From contig OZ244653.1 of the NCBI GenBank assembly GCA_965218795.1, positions 3,040,001 to 3,104,000 of the forward strand: 64,000 bases of DNA. The letters run 5' to 3'. Of this stretch, positions 29,846 through 39,355 are shown piece after piece. How positions within the stretch are numbered: position 1 is the stretch's first letter; each line of letters opens with the position of its first letter. This DNA is from a bacterium. GTDB taxonomy: Bacteria > UBA8248 > JACPRG01 > G963555815. The notes beneath the pieces were generated by a model that was given only the letters and a program-made list of their open reading frames with translations, had not been told where the DNA came from and searched no databases. A program made the position numbers and the translations under genes.

Positions 29846-30358
29846 ATGAGCGTTTTGGAGCCACAGGGCCGTTTGCGCGTGGAGTTGGAGGTGAACGGGG
29901 AGTCCCGTAGCGGTGAGGTGGAGGCCCGCAAGAGCCTAGCGGACTTTTTGCGGGAGGACCTTCGTCTGACGGGTACGCACGTGGGTTGCGAGCAGGGGGT
30001 GTGCGGCGCTTGCACGGTTTTGCTGGAGGGGGAGGCGGTGCGTTCGTGCCTGATGCTGGCGGCGCAGGCTTCGGGCCGTTCGGTGGAGACGGTGGAGGGA
30101 CTGGCGCCTCCGGAGGGTCCGCTTCACCCGATCCAGGAGGCGTTTCGGACGCACCATGCGCTTCAGTGCGGGTTTTGCACGCCGGGTTTTTTGATGACGC
30201 TGAAGTCTGCGCTGTCCGCGCCGCGTACGTGGAGCCGAGAGGAGATTCGTCACCTGCTGTCGGGGAACGTCTGCCGTTGCACGGGCTATCAGCACATCGT
30301 AGACGCGGTGGAGACTGCGGCGCGGGAAATGCATGACCCGGTGGGTCCCCCATCATGA
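29846..30358 (+). CDS. CoxS-like 2Fe-2S subunit
   Basis: GCEQGVCGACTV, QCGFCTPG, NVCRCTGY. Confidence 0.93.
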   Translation: MSVLEPQGRLRVELEVNGESRSGEVEARKSLADFLREDLRLTGTHVGCEQGVCGACTVLLEGEAVRSCLMLAAQASGRSVETVEGLAPPEGPLHPIQEAFRTHHALQCGFCTPGFLMTLKSALSAPRTWSREEIRHLLSGNVCRCTGYQHIVDAVETAAREMHDPVGPPS

Positions 30359-32721
30359 GTTCGGACCTGCACTGGAACCCCCGGTTCTTCGGGGCCCGCG
30401 TCACGAGAGTCGAGGATCAGAGACTCCTGACAGGAAACGGCCGGTACGTGGATGATCTCCCGGACCGGGACGCCCTCCACGCCGCATTCCTTCGCTCCCC
30501 CTATGCCCACGCGAAAATCACGTCGATTGACGTGACCGGAGCCCTGGAAGCAGGCGCGATTGCCGCCTTTACCGCTCACGACATGGGTGATTGCTGGAAG
30601 GAGTTGCCGGTCCCCATCCCCCATCCGGCGTTGCGGCCGCACAATACGGTCCCCCTGGCGAAAGACAAGGCCAAGTACATGGGCGAGCCGGTCGTCGTCG
30701 TGCTGGCGGAGAGTCGGGCCGCGGCCGAGGATGCGCTCGAGGGCGTCCGGGTCTCTTATGAGATTCTGCCGGCGGTCGCGCATCCGATTGACGCGCTGAA
30801 GGACGACGCCCCTTTGGTCCACGACGACCTGGGAGACAACGTGGCGGCGCACCTGGAGGTCCGAATCGGGGAACCGGACGAGGCGCTCGATGCTTCTCCG
30901 AACCGCGAGACCCTCCGTCTGAAAATGCAGCGTGGGGGCTGCGGGGCCATGGAGACCCGCGGCCATCTGGCGTCCTACGATCCCAAGTTCGATCATCTGA
31001 CCCTCTACGCCACCAGCCAGACGCCGCACCTGTTGCGAAGCGACCTGGCTTATATGCTGGGTCGGTCGGATGGCTCCATCGACGTGGTGGCACCGGACGT
31101 CGGGGGCGGATTCGGCCCCAAGGCCTATCCCTATCCGGAAGATACGGTGATCGCCTGGGCGGCCATCCGCATGAAGGGAAGCGTCAAGTGGATCGAAGAC
31201 CGGATTGAGCATATCCAGTCCACGGTTCAGGAGCGCGAGCAGCACCACGAGGTGGAGATCGGTTTCGATGAGGAGGGACGCCTTCTGGCGCTCAAGGATC
31301 GCAGCGTGTGCGACATCGGCGCGTACCTGCCCTGGAGCATTGTGGTTCCCCTCCTTTCGGTGACCTGCATTCCCGGCCCGTACAAGCTCCGGAACTTCTC
31401 CGCCGCCATGGACGTCGCCTATACGCACCGGGTGCCCGTTGCACCGGTCCGGGGGGCGGGACGTATTCAATCGGTCTTCATCATGGAGCGCGCGCTGGAC
31501 CATATCGCGGACCGGCTCGGGAAGGATCCGGCCGAGGTCCGCCACGAGAACTACGTCCAGCCGGACGAGTTCCCGTATGAGGTCGGTCTCCGCGCCCGCG
31601 ACGGCAGCATGATGACCTATGACAGCGGAGATTATCCGAGGCTCCTGGAAATGGCCAAAGAGGCCTCGGGGTACGAGGAGTTCCGAAAGGGAAATCGCCC
31701 GCCCGGCGAAGAGAACGATCCGGAGAGCGGGATCTACGTGGGGATGGGGATGAGCTGCAACATCGAAGGGACGGGGTTCGGTCCCTTCGAAGGAGCGGTG
31801 ATCCGCATCGAGCCATCCGGCCGGATCACTCTCGCCACAGGCGCCGCGTCCCAGGGACAGGGACACGAAACCGTTCTGGCCCAGGCCTTGGCGGACGTAT
31901 TGAACGTATCGCCGGAAGACGTCACGGTCGTGACGGGCGATACGCGGGCCATCCCGTACGGCTATGGCGCCTTTGCCAGCCGAATAGCCGTCATGGCGAC
32001 CAATTCGGTCGTTGTGGGCGGCAATTCGCTCCGGGAGAAGATCCTCCTGAACGCGGCCGCGCGCCTGGAGGTTTCGGTGGACGACTTGGACATGGCGGAG
32101 GGGCGGGTCTTCGTCGAGGGGACGCCCGACCGCTCGGTGACCTTCGGTGAGCTGGCGAAGATGGCCGGAGGGGTGCCGGGCGTCATGATGGGGGGGAAGT
32201 CGCCGGGGTTGGAAGTATCCGAATATTATACGCCCAGTATGCCCGCGACCTCGGCGGCGTGCCACGTTTGCGTCGTCCAGGTGGATACGAACACCGGATT
32301 CGTCAAGAGCCTGCGTCACCATATCGCGCACGATTGCGGCGTCGTGCTGAACCCCCTGCTTCTGGAAGGTCAGGTTCACGGGGGCGCGGCGCATGGGATC
32401 GGTGAGGCACTGATCGAGGAGGTGGTTTTCGATGAGAATGGAACGCCCCAGGCGTCCACCTTCCTGGATTACCTCCTCCCGTTGTCCACGGATGTTCCCG
32501 ATTTCGAGCTTTCGCACATTGAGACGCCGTCGCCCTTCAATCCGCTCGGGATCAAGGGAGCGGGGGAAAGCGGGACGATGGCTTCGCCCGCCGTGGTTGC
32601 CGCGGCCATCGAAGACGCCTTGAAGCCTCTCGGCGTCCGGATCCGGGAGCTGCCGCTGACCCCTTACCGCCTTTGGAGAATCATTCAGGAGGGGAACGGT
32701 CCCCTCGACTTCCGTCTCTAG
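30355..32721 (+). CDS. CoxL-like molybdopterin-binding subunit (not form I CO dehydrogenase)
   Basis: RVEDQRLLTG, VGGGFGPK, active-site loop APVRGAGR (no AYXCSFR), GIKGAGE. Confidence 0.9.
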   Translation: MSSDLHWNPRFFGARVTRVEDQRLLTGNGRYVDDLPDRDALHAAFLRSPYAHAKITSIDVTGALEAGAIAAFTAHDMGDCWKELPVPIPHPALRPHNTVPLAKDKAKYMGEPVVVVLAESRAAAEDALEGVRVSYEILPAVAHPIDALKDDAPLVHDDLGDNVAAHLEVRIGEPDEALDASPNRETLRLKMQRGGCGAMETRGHLASYDPKFDHLTLYATSQTPHLLRSDLAYMLGRSDGSIDVVAPDVGGGFGPKAYPYPEDTVIAWAAIRMKGSVKWIEDRIEHIQSTVQEREQHHEVEIGFDEEGRLLALKDRSVCDIGAYLPWSIVVPLLSVTCIPGPYKLRNFSAAMDVAYTHRVPVAPVRGAGRIQSVFIMERALDHIADRLGKDPAEVRHENYVQPDEFPYEVGLRARDGSMMTYDSGDYPRLLEMAKEASGYEEFRKGNRPPGEENDPESGIYVGMGMSCNIEGTGFGPFEGAVIRIEPSGRITLATGAASQGQGHETVLAQALADVLNVSPEDVTVVTGDTRAIPYGYGAFASRIAVMATNSVVVGGNSLREKILLNAAARLEVSVDDLDMAEGRVFVEGTPDRSVTFGELAKMAGGVPGVMMGGKSPGLEVSEYYTPSMPATSAACHVCVVQVDTNTGFVKSLRHHIAHDCGVVLNPLLLEGQVHGGAAHGIGEALIEEVVFDENGTPQASTFLDYLLPLSTDVPDFELSHIETPSPFNPLGIKGAGESGTMASPAVVAAAIEDALKPLGVRIRELPLTPYRLWRIIQEGNGPLDFRL

Positions 32722-32760
32722 ACCGGTCAACGCCGCTCGGATTCACGTACAATCATTCAG

Positions 32761-32792
32761 ACCCGGTTCCGGCCTGAACCGGGTTTTTCTTT
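32761..32792 (+). terminator. Rho-independent terminator after the coxL-like gene
   Basis: ACCCGGTTC-CGGCCT-GAACCGGGT followed by a T-run. Confidence 0.6.
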
Positions 32793-32837
32793 CGGGGGGT
32801 GAACGTTGGATTTCCTGTTCCCGGAGGAGGCGCCCCT

Positions 32838-34196
32838 ATGGCTTATCGTGATCTGCGTTCGTTTCTGAAGGATTTGGAGGACCGGGGGGATCTCACTCGC
32901 GTCACGCGGTCGGTCCGCCCGCGCCTGGAGGCGTCCGGAATACTGCGCGCCCTGGATGACGCCGAAGGGCCCGCCGTCTTGTTCGAGCGGCTGCGGGGAT
33001 ACGAGGTTTCCGCGGTGGGAAACCTTTTCAGCGCCCGCCGCCGGGTGGGCTGGGCCCTGGGGACAGAGGGAGACTTCCGCGATTTCGTGAAGGAGCGGCT
33101 GAAGCGGCGCAGGAAACCTCGAAAGGCCCGAAATGCTCCGGTCCGGGAAGTCGTCCGCAGGAAGGGGATCGACCTGTCCGAACGAATCCCTTTGCTCACA
33201 TATCACGAGCGGGATTCCGGGCCTTACATGACCTGCGGCGTCCTTCTGTACCGGGATCCCGCGCACGGCGTCATCAACATGGGCATCTACCGGCTCCAGG
33301 TCCAGCCGCAGCCCAACCTGCTGAGCATTCAGATCGTCAGTCAGCCTTTGGCCCGGTACGTGGCCGAGGCGGAGGAGCGGAAGGAGGCGATGGAGGTGGC
33401 CGTCGTCCTCGGCTGTGACCCCGGCCTCTATCTGGCATCGGTCCTTCAATCGGGTCCGGGCGCCGATCGGCTGGAGGTCGCCGGGGGGCTCCGGGGGGCT
33501 CCGGTTGAGGTAACCGACGGCGTAACGGTCGACTTGCCGGTTCCCGCGCACGCGGAATTCGTGATCGAGGGACGCATCCTGCCCGGCAAACGCGTGGAGG
33601 AAGGCCCCATGGGGGAGAGTTCCGGCGTGTATACCTACAGCCGGAGCAACGTCATCGAGGTCACTGGGGTCACCCACCGAAAAGACGGCATCTTCCAGGC
33701 GTTGCTCCCTTGGAGCCGGGACGAAGAATCGCTTCTCGCCGTGGCCTATACGATTCCGATGGAGCAGCGTCTTCAGGCGCAAGATCCGAATGTTCGCTTC
33801 CTTCACCTGGTGCCCGGGACCTCGGCCATGCACGCCGTCGTATCCATTCGAAAGAACCGACCGGGGCATGGAAAGGACATCATGGCCCTGTGTTTCGGCC
33901 TGTTCTCCGTGCTGAAGCATGTGGTCGTTGTGGACGAGGATATCGACGCGGAGAACGAGCGGATGGTGGCCTGGGCGGTATCGAGCCGGTTTCAGGCGGA
34001 CCAGGACCTGGTCACCCTTCCTCATGCAGGCGGATTCTCCATCGACCCCTCGGCGGAACGGGACGACGGCTCCTTCCTCTCGACGAAGGTCGGGCTGGAT
34101 GCGACCATGCCTTTGGGGAAGCACGAAAAATATGAGCGGATCGATGTCGGAGAGAAGGCGCGGAAGGTTGTGTCCGAGATTCTCGGGAAGGACTGA
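32838..34196 (+). CDS. UbiD family prFMN-dependent (de)carboxylase
   Basis: DLRSFL, NMGIYRLQ, AEFVIEG, EEGPMGE, VVVVDEDID, KVGLDAT. Confidence 0.92.
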   Translation: MAYRDLRSFLKDLEDRGDLTRVTRSVRPRLEASGILRALDDAEGPAVLFERLRGYEVSAVGNLFSARRRVGWALGTEGDFRDFVKERLKRRRKPRKARNAPVREVVRRKGIDLSERIPLLTYHERDSGPYMTCGVLLYRDPAHGVINMGIYRLQVQPQPNLLSIQIVSQPLARYVAEAEERKEAMEVAVVLGCDPGLYLASVLQSGPGADRLEVAGGLRGAPVEVTDGVTVDLPVPAHAEFVIEGRILPGKRVEEGPMGESSGVYTYSRSNVIEVTGVTHRKDGIFQALLPWSRDEESLLAVAYTIPMEQRLQAQDPNVRFLHLVPGTSAMHAVVSIRKNRPGHGKDIMALCFGLFSVLKHVVVVDEDIDAENERMVAWAVSSRFQADQDLVTLPHAGGFSIDPSAERDDGSFLSTKVGLDATMPLGKHEKYERIDVGEKARKVVSEILGKD

Positions 34197-34214
34197 CAAG
34201 GAAGCCGAAGGCTA

Positions 34215-34827
34215 GTATCTGTTAGCACTAATGGTTGAGATCCTGTTATCCTTTGCGGATGGAGATCACCCAAGCTCAGTACGAACGCATTGCACCCTCC
34301 CTGCCGGTGCAACGCGGCAACGTCAGCGTGTCGAACCTGCAAGTGCTCAACGCCATCCTGTACGTCGCCGAGCATGGCTGCAAGTGGCGGGGGTTACCGA
34401 CCCGGTTCGGCAACTGGCACACCATCTACACGCGCATGAACCGCTGGTCGAAGAACGGGGTGCTCGACCGGGTCTTCGAGCAGTTGCAGCGGGAACGGAT
34501 CGTGCGCATCCAGCTCGAAGCGGTGTCGCTGGACAGCACCATCGTCAAGGTCCATCCCGATGGACCGCGCGTATGAGGGCAGCGAGACACGCCCACTGGC
34601 CTTGGCGCTGGGGTACACGCCCGTGGTTCCGCCTCTCTAGACCCGGCACGATTCCTGGGCGCACGACCGGGAGACGTACAAGAGGCGCAACGAGATCGAG
34701 CGCCTGTTCTGCCGATTGAAGGGCTTCCGCCGGATCTTCACCCGCTTCGAGAAGCTCGACGCCCTGTACATCGGGTTCATCCTGTTCGCGCTCATCGTCG
34801 ATGCACTGCGCTAGTGTTAACAGGCCC
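34215..34827 (+). mobile_element. IS5-family (IS427-like) element with an internal deletion, non-autonomous
   Basis: IRs GTATCTGTTAGCACTA / TAGTGTTAACAGGCCC flanked by TA in CTAG sites; N-terminus (GCKWRGLP..FGNWHT..DST) and C-terminus (YKRRNEIERLF..LKGFRRI.TRFEK) present, middle missing; only 613 bp. Confidence 0.88.
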
Positions 34828-35444
34828 TAGCCGAACTCGACGTCGTACTTTTTCCTCGGGAGGCGAGGAAGGATCCGGGTGGATTCCTGCTTTTCGATGG
34901 ACCGGACGAAGTTGTACTTGTCCTCGATACCGTCCGTCTCCCGCAGAGGAGACATCCTGGTTCCCTTTTCAACGACCGCCACGATCACTGTTTGCTCCTG
35001 CAATCCCATCGCTTCATCCAGGACTTTTTCGAACTCGCCTGAATCCGAAATGGAAAACGCACGATCGATCCCGGCACCACTGGCGATCGAAGCCAAGTCA
35101 GTCGATCGCCCGGTGTGCGTCGCGAAGCCGCCGGAGCTTTCATAGGAAGCATTGTCGAAGATGAGGGTCAGCAGATTGGAAGGGCTCTGATTGCCCAGCG
35201 TCGCCAGGATGCCCAGGTTCATCAGGAGGCTGCCTTCGCCGTCGATGGCGACAACCCTTCGGTGCGGCAATCCGGTCGCCACCCCCAGCGCCATCGGAAC
35301 CACACAGCCCATGGCGTTGAGCGGCATGGTCTGGTGGGCCGGATAGAGCTCGGTCCATTCGTCCACCAGCCCGCCGAGCCCCACGATGCAGGGTTCGTCC
35401 TTGAGGCGGGAGGCGAGAAGTTTCAGGCAATCAAAACGGATCAT
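34827..35444 (-). CDS. TPP-binding C-terminal-domain protein (sulfopyruvate decarboxylase beta, ComE-like)
   Basis: AMGCVVPMALGVA, IDGEGSLLMNLG, DNASYESSGG, TDLASIA.GAG. Confidence 0.8.
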   Translation of the reverse strand: MIRFDCLKLLASRLKDEPCIVGLGGLVDEWTELYPAHQTMPLNAMGCVVPMALGVATGLPHRRVVAIDGEGSLLMNLGILATLGNQSPSNLLTLIFDNASYESSGGFATHTGRSTDLASIASGAGIDRAFSISDSGEFEKVLDEAMGLQEQTVIVAVVEKGTRMSPLRETDGIEDKYNFVRSIEKQESTRILPRLPRKKYDVEFG

Positions 35445-35535
35445 GAAGTGTTCGCTCTCGATTGAGATTCGGGAATGGGGGAATAAACCAACTTCCCGTC
35501 CGCCATTCATATATCACGAGTGCGCCGGCGACATA

Positions 35536-35571
35536 AAGGATAAAGCCGCCCTTTCGGGCGGCTTTATCCTT
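35536..35571. terminator. Perfect hairpin downstream of metH (terminator or REP-like)
   Basis: AAGGATAAAGCCGCCC-TTTC-GGGCGGCTTTATCCTT. Confidence 0.6.
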
Positions 35572-35773
35572 CGGGAGCGGTTCCCCGAAATTTCCGTCTC
35601 TGTACAATCCGATCGAGTCGGAGGCGTTCCAGAATTCAGATTGGGTTACCGGGCCATCGCGATGCTGATGACTTCCGCGGCGTCCTCGTCCGTCTCGGTC
35701 AATCCCAGACCAATGACCGCCTCGGGAGTCAGCGTGGCCAGAAGGATTGTCACGGACGAGAGGGGGCCGTCAG

Positions 35774-38700
35774 CTAGACGGAAAAATACTTCGCTTGGGG
35801 GTGATGGACGACGATGGCCGACGTGCTCTGTTCGGGATGGAGCTGGTCCTCCTCGCTCATCTCGATGCCGAGCCGCTCCGCATCCAATAAGTCCAGCAGG
35901 ATTCGCTGGTCCGCTAAATGCGGGCACGCCGGATAGCCGAACGAATAGCGGGCTCCCCGGTATCCCTGCTTGAGCATCCGCCTGACGTCCCGGTCGTCCA
36001 GGTGGCCGAATCCCAGCTCTGCCCGAATGCGTTTGTGGACGTATTCGGCGAGGGCTTCGGCCGTCTCTACGCCCAGGCCGTGCAGGTATAGATAGTCCTG
36101 ATATTTGTTCTGGGAAAACCACTCCCGGGCGACATCCGAGGCCCGCTGGCCGATGGTCACCACTTGAAGGGCGATGATGTCCCGCTCGCCGGATTCAACG
36201 TCCCGAAAAAAATCCGCGACACAGAGACCGTCCTTCCGGTTCTGTCTCGGAAAGCCGAACCGCGCCACCTCGGCTTCGCCCCCATCGTCGAAAATCACGA
36301 CCTCGTCTCCCTCGGAGGCCGCCTTCCAGTACCCATACGCCGCCCTCGGCGCGAAAATCTTCTCTTCGACGACCACCCGGACCATCCTGTGGAGGATCGG
36401 ACGAATCTCCTCGTCGATCCAGGTCTCGAGGTGATGGGTCGATCGACGCCCCTTCCTGAATCCCCATTGGAAGTGGAAGAGCGTGGTCTCGTTCAGGTAG
36501 GAGACCAGCGACTTCATGGAGATCTCCTCCACGACCCGCACGCCCCAGAAGGGAGGCGAAGGCACCTCGACCTCCCGCGCGAGCTCGGCGCGCCTCAGCC
36601 TGATCTCTTCCAGGTCGACCGGCCGCTCCGCCGGCGATTCGTCGGTTTCTTTCGGCCTCTGTTTTCGCTTGGGACGCCGGGCGCGCTTCTCCGTAAGCCC
36701 CTTCAGGTATTCATCGAATTTCCCATCGACGACGGTGCCCATGAGATTGAGCCCGCCGAAGGCGTCGGACGCGTAGGCCACGCCGCCGGAGCCATATGCC
36801 GCCGCGCAATCCTCCTCGACGTATTTTCGGGTCAGTGCGGCGCCGCCCAGGAACACCGGGACGTCGACGTCCAGACGGGTCATCTCCTGCAGATTTTCCC
36901 GCATGATGACGGTCGATTTCACCAGCAGGCCGGACATGCCGATGGCGTCGGCCTGGTTCTCCTCCGCCGCTTCCAGAATCGAAGCGATGGGCTTCTTGAT
37001 GCCGAGGTTGATGACCTTGTAGCCGTTGTTGGTCAGGATGATGTCAACAAGATTCTTGCCGATGTCGTGTACGTCGCCTTTCACGGTCGCGAGCACAATC
37101 GTGCCTTTCTCCTGGTTTTCGACTCGCTCCATGTGAGGCTCCAAATGGGCCACCGCCGCCTTCATGGTCTCGGCCGACTGCAAAACAAAGGGGAGCTGCA
37201 TCTGTCCCGAGCCGAACAGGTCGCCCACCACCTTCATGCCGTCGAGCAGATGAACGTTGATGATGTCGAGCGGGGCGTGTTTTTGGAGCGCCTCATCGAG
37301 GTCCTCCTCCAGCCCCTGCCGGTCGCCGTCGATGATCCGTTGTTTCAGGCGCTCTTCGACCTCGGCGGGGCGCTCCCGCGCAGCGTCTTTCTGGGCGTCG
37401 CGGTCCATGAATTGCGCGATGAAGGACTCCAGCGGATCGTACCCTTCGTTCCTCCAATCGAAGATCAGGGCCTCGGCCGTCTCCATCTCATCGGGCGGTA
37501 TCTTGTGCAGCGGAAGGATCTTGCTGGCGTGAAGAATGGCGCCGGTCAAGCCGCGTTTCAAGGCATGGTCCAGATAGACCGAATTCAGGACATGCCGCGC
37601 GGCCGGCTTGAGCCCGAAGGAAACGTTCGACAGCCCGAGAATGATCTGGCACTCGGGCAGCTCGTCGTGGATTCGCTCGATGGCCTCGAGGGTCCAGAGA
37701 CCCAGCTTGCGGTCTTCCTCGTTTCCCGTGCAGATCGTAAATGTGAGCGGATCGAATAGAAGGTCCGAGGGCGGCAGCCCGTATTGATTCACGGCGAAGT
37801 CGTAGAGCCGGTGGGCGATGCGGATTTTTTCCTCCACGGTCTTGGCCATGCCCTCTTCGTCAATGGTCAGGGCGATGATCGCAGCGCCGAACTTCTTCGC
37901 CAGCTTCAGCCGCGCAGCCGGCGGGATTTCGCCGTCCTCGAAGTTGATCGAGTTGATGATGGCTTTGCCCGCATAGAGCTTCAGCGCCTCCTCGAGCACG
38001 GGCAGTTCCGTGGAATCAAACACAAGGGGCGCCGTCACCGAGCCCCGCATCCGCGAGACGACCTCCGTCATGTCGGAAATCTCGTCGCGGCCCACAAAGG
38101 CCGTGCATACGTCCAGGGCGTGCGAGCCCTCCCGCACTTGGTCCCCTCCCATGGCGACCGCGGTGTCCCAGTCCTGCTGCTCCTGAGCCACCCGGAACTT
38201 CTTGGAGCCGTTTGCGTTGCAACGCTCTCCAATCGAGAGAAAGGCGTTTTCCTGCCGCAGCGGAACCTGCGCGTAGAGAGACGCGATGGAGGATATCCAG
38301 ACCGGCGACCGCCGGACCGGCTTGGGTCTTTCGCCCGAGGCGCGGCGCCGGAGCATCTCATCCAAGGCGGCGATATGCTCGGGTGTCGTCCCGCAACAGC
38401 CCCCAATGATATTGACGCCGTTCTCTTCGATGTAGCGCTCCATCCACCGGGCCATCTCGAAGGCGTCCAGCGGATAGTGGGTCTGACCGTCGACAAGCTC
38501 GGGCAGGCCCGCGTTGGGGACCACGGAGATCTTGCCGCGCCATGCGCTCCCCAACCATTTGACGTGATCGGCCATCTCCTGGGGCCCAGTGCCGCAGTTC
38601 ATCCCGATGACGGAGACGTCCAGCGCATCCACAATCGTGGCCGCCGCGGCGATGTCGGCGCCGACGAGCAGCGTTCCCGTCGTCTCCACAGTGACGCTGA

Positions 38701-39355
38701 CCACGATCGGGATGTCCACGGCTGATCGTGCCATGACGATCTTGGCTGCGTTCACCGCGGCTTTGATCTGAAGGGGGTCCTGGCAGGTTTCGATGAGGAA
38801 GGCGTCCACTCCTCCTGCAAGGAGACCGTCGCACTGAACGGTCAACGCGTCCTCGAGGCTCTGATAGTCGATATGGCCGAGAGTCGGAAGGCGCGTGCCT
38901 GGCCCGATGGCACCGAAAACGAAGCGGGGCCGGCCGTCTCCGGCGAATTCCTGAGCGGCCTCTCGGCCCAATTCCGCCCCCTGCCTGCAAAGGTCGTAGG
39001 CTTCGTCTCCGATCTCGAACTCCCCCAGCGTGATGGGGGAGCCGCCAAACGTGTTCGTTTTGAGGCCGTCCGCGCCTGCGGCGAGAAATTCGACGTGGAT
39101 GTCACGGATGACGTCGGGTCGGGTCCGGTTCAGGATCTCCATGCAGTTTTCTTTACCGAGAAAATCCTCTTCGAGCTTCAGATGGCGCGCGTGGATGGAC
39201 GTCCCCATGGCTCCGTCGAGCAGCAGCACACGGTCGGACAGATAATCCAGGAGGGGGGCGGAGGCCTTCGGCCGCGGATCAGAGGTGTCACCGCCGTTCG
39301 AATCGGGACGTTGAACGAGCCCGACCCCGGTTTCCTCTCTTTCAGCAATGGTCAA
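35774..39355 (-). CDS. metH: Cobalamin-dependent methionine synthase
   Basis: LDGAMGT, GGCCGT, IGERCNANGSK, VKGDVHDIGKN, RYSFGYPACP; TTG start at 39355 with RBS GGAGAG inferred. Confidence 0.96.
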   Translation of the reverse strand: MTIAEREETGVGLVQRPDSNGGDTSDPRPKASAPLLDYLSDRVLLLDGAMGTSIHARHLKLEEDFLGKENCMEILNRTRPDVIRDIHVEFLAAGADGLKTNTFGGSPITLGEFEIGDEAYDLCRQGAELGREAAQEFAGDGRPRFVFGAIGPGTRLPTLGHIDYQSLEDALTVQCDGLLAGGVDAFLIETCQDPLQIKAAVNAAKIVMARSAVDIPIVVSVTVETTGTLLVGADIAAAATIVDALDVSVIGMNCGTGPQEMADHVKWLGSAWRGKISVVPNAGLPELVDGQTHYPLDAFEMARWMERYIEENGVNIIGGCCGTTPEHIAALDEMLRRRASGERPKPVRRSPVWISSIASLYAQVPLRQENAFLSIGERCNANGSKKFRVAQEQQDWDTAVAMGGDQVREGSHALDVCTAFVGRDEISDMTEVVSRMRGSVTAPLVFDSTELPVLEEALKLYAGKAIINSINFEDGEIPPAARLKLAKKFGAAIIALTIDEEGMAKTVEEKIRIAHRLYDFAVNQYGLPPSDLLFDPLTFTICTGNEEDRKLGLWTLEAIERIHDELPECQIILGLSNVSFGLKPAARHVLNSVYLDHALKRGLTGAILHASKILPLHKIPPDEMETAEALIFDWRNEGYDPLESFIAQFMDRDAQKDAARERPAEVEERLKQRIIDGDRQGLEEDLDEALQKHAPLDIINVHLLDGMKVVGDLFGSGQMQLPFVLQSAETMKAAVAHLEPHMERVENQEKGTIVLATVKGDVHDIGKNLVDIILTNNGYKVINLGIKKPIASILEAAEENQADAIGMSGLLVKSTVIMRENLQEMTRLDVDVPVFLGGAALTRKYVEEDCAAAYGSGGVAYASDAFGGLNLMGTVVDGKFDEYLKGLTEKRARRPKRKQRPKETDESPAERPVDLEEIRLRRAELAREVEVPSPPFWGVRVVEEISMKSLVSYLNETTLFHFQWGFRKGRRSTHHLETWIDEEIRPILHRMVRVVVEEKIFAPRAAYGYWKAASEGDEVVIFDDGGEAEVARFGFPRQNRKDGLCVADFFRDVESGERDIIALQVVTIGQRASDVAREWFSQNKYQDYLYLHGLGVETAEALAEYVHKRIRAELGFGHLDDRDVRRMLKQGYRGARYSFGYPACPHLADQRILLDLLDAERLGIEMSEEDQLHPEQSTSAIVVHHPQAKYFSV

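Noticed and set aside
29439-30404. Pro/Thr-rich 321-aa protein
   Set aside because: Antisense product of the G+T-skewed coxM/coxS genes
28982-32721. Aerobic CO dehydrogenase (coxMSL order, CoxG nearby)
   Set aside because: The L-subunit loop is APVRGAGR, not the form I AYXCSFR, and coxDEF are absent
30289-32730. Long antisense ORFs (813 aa here; also 27080..28858, 36164..37759, 45322..46941, 55321..57132)
   Set aside because: They are shadows of GC-rich genes on the opposite strand and carry no motifs
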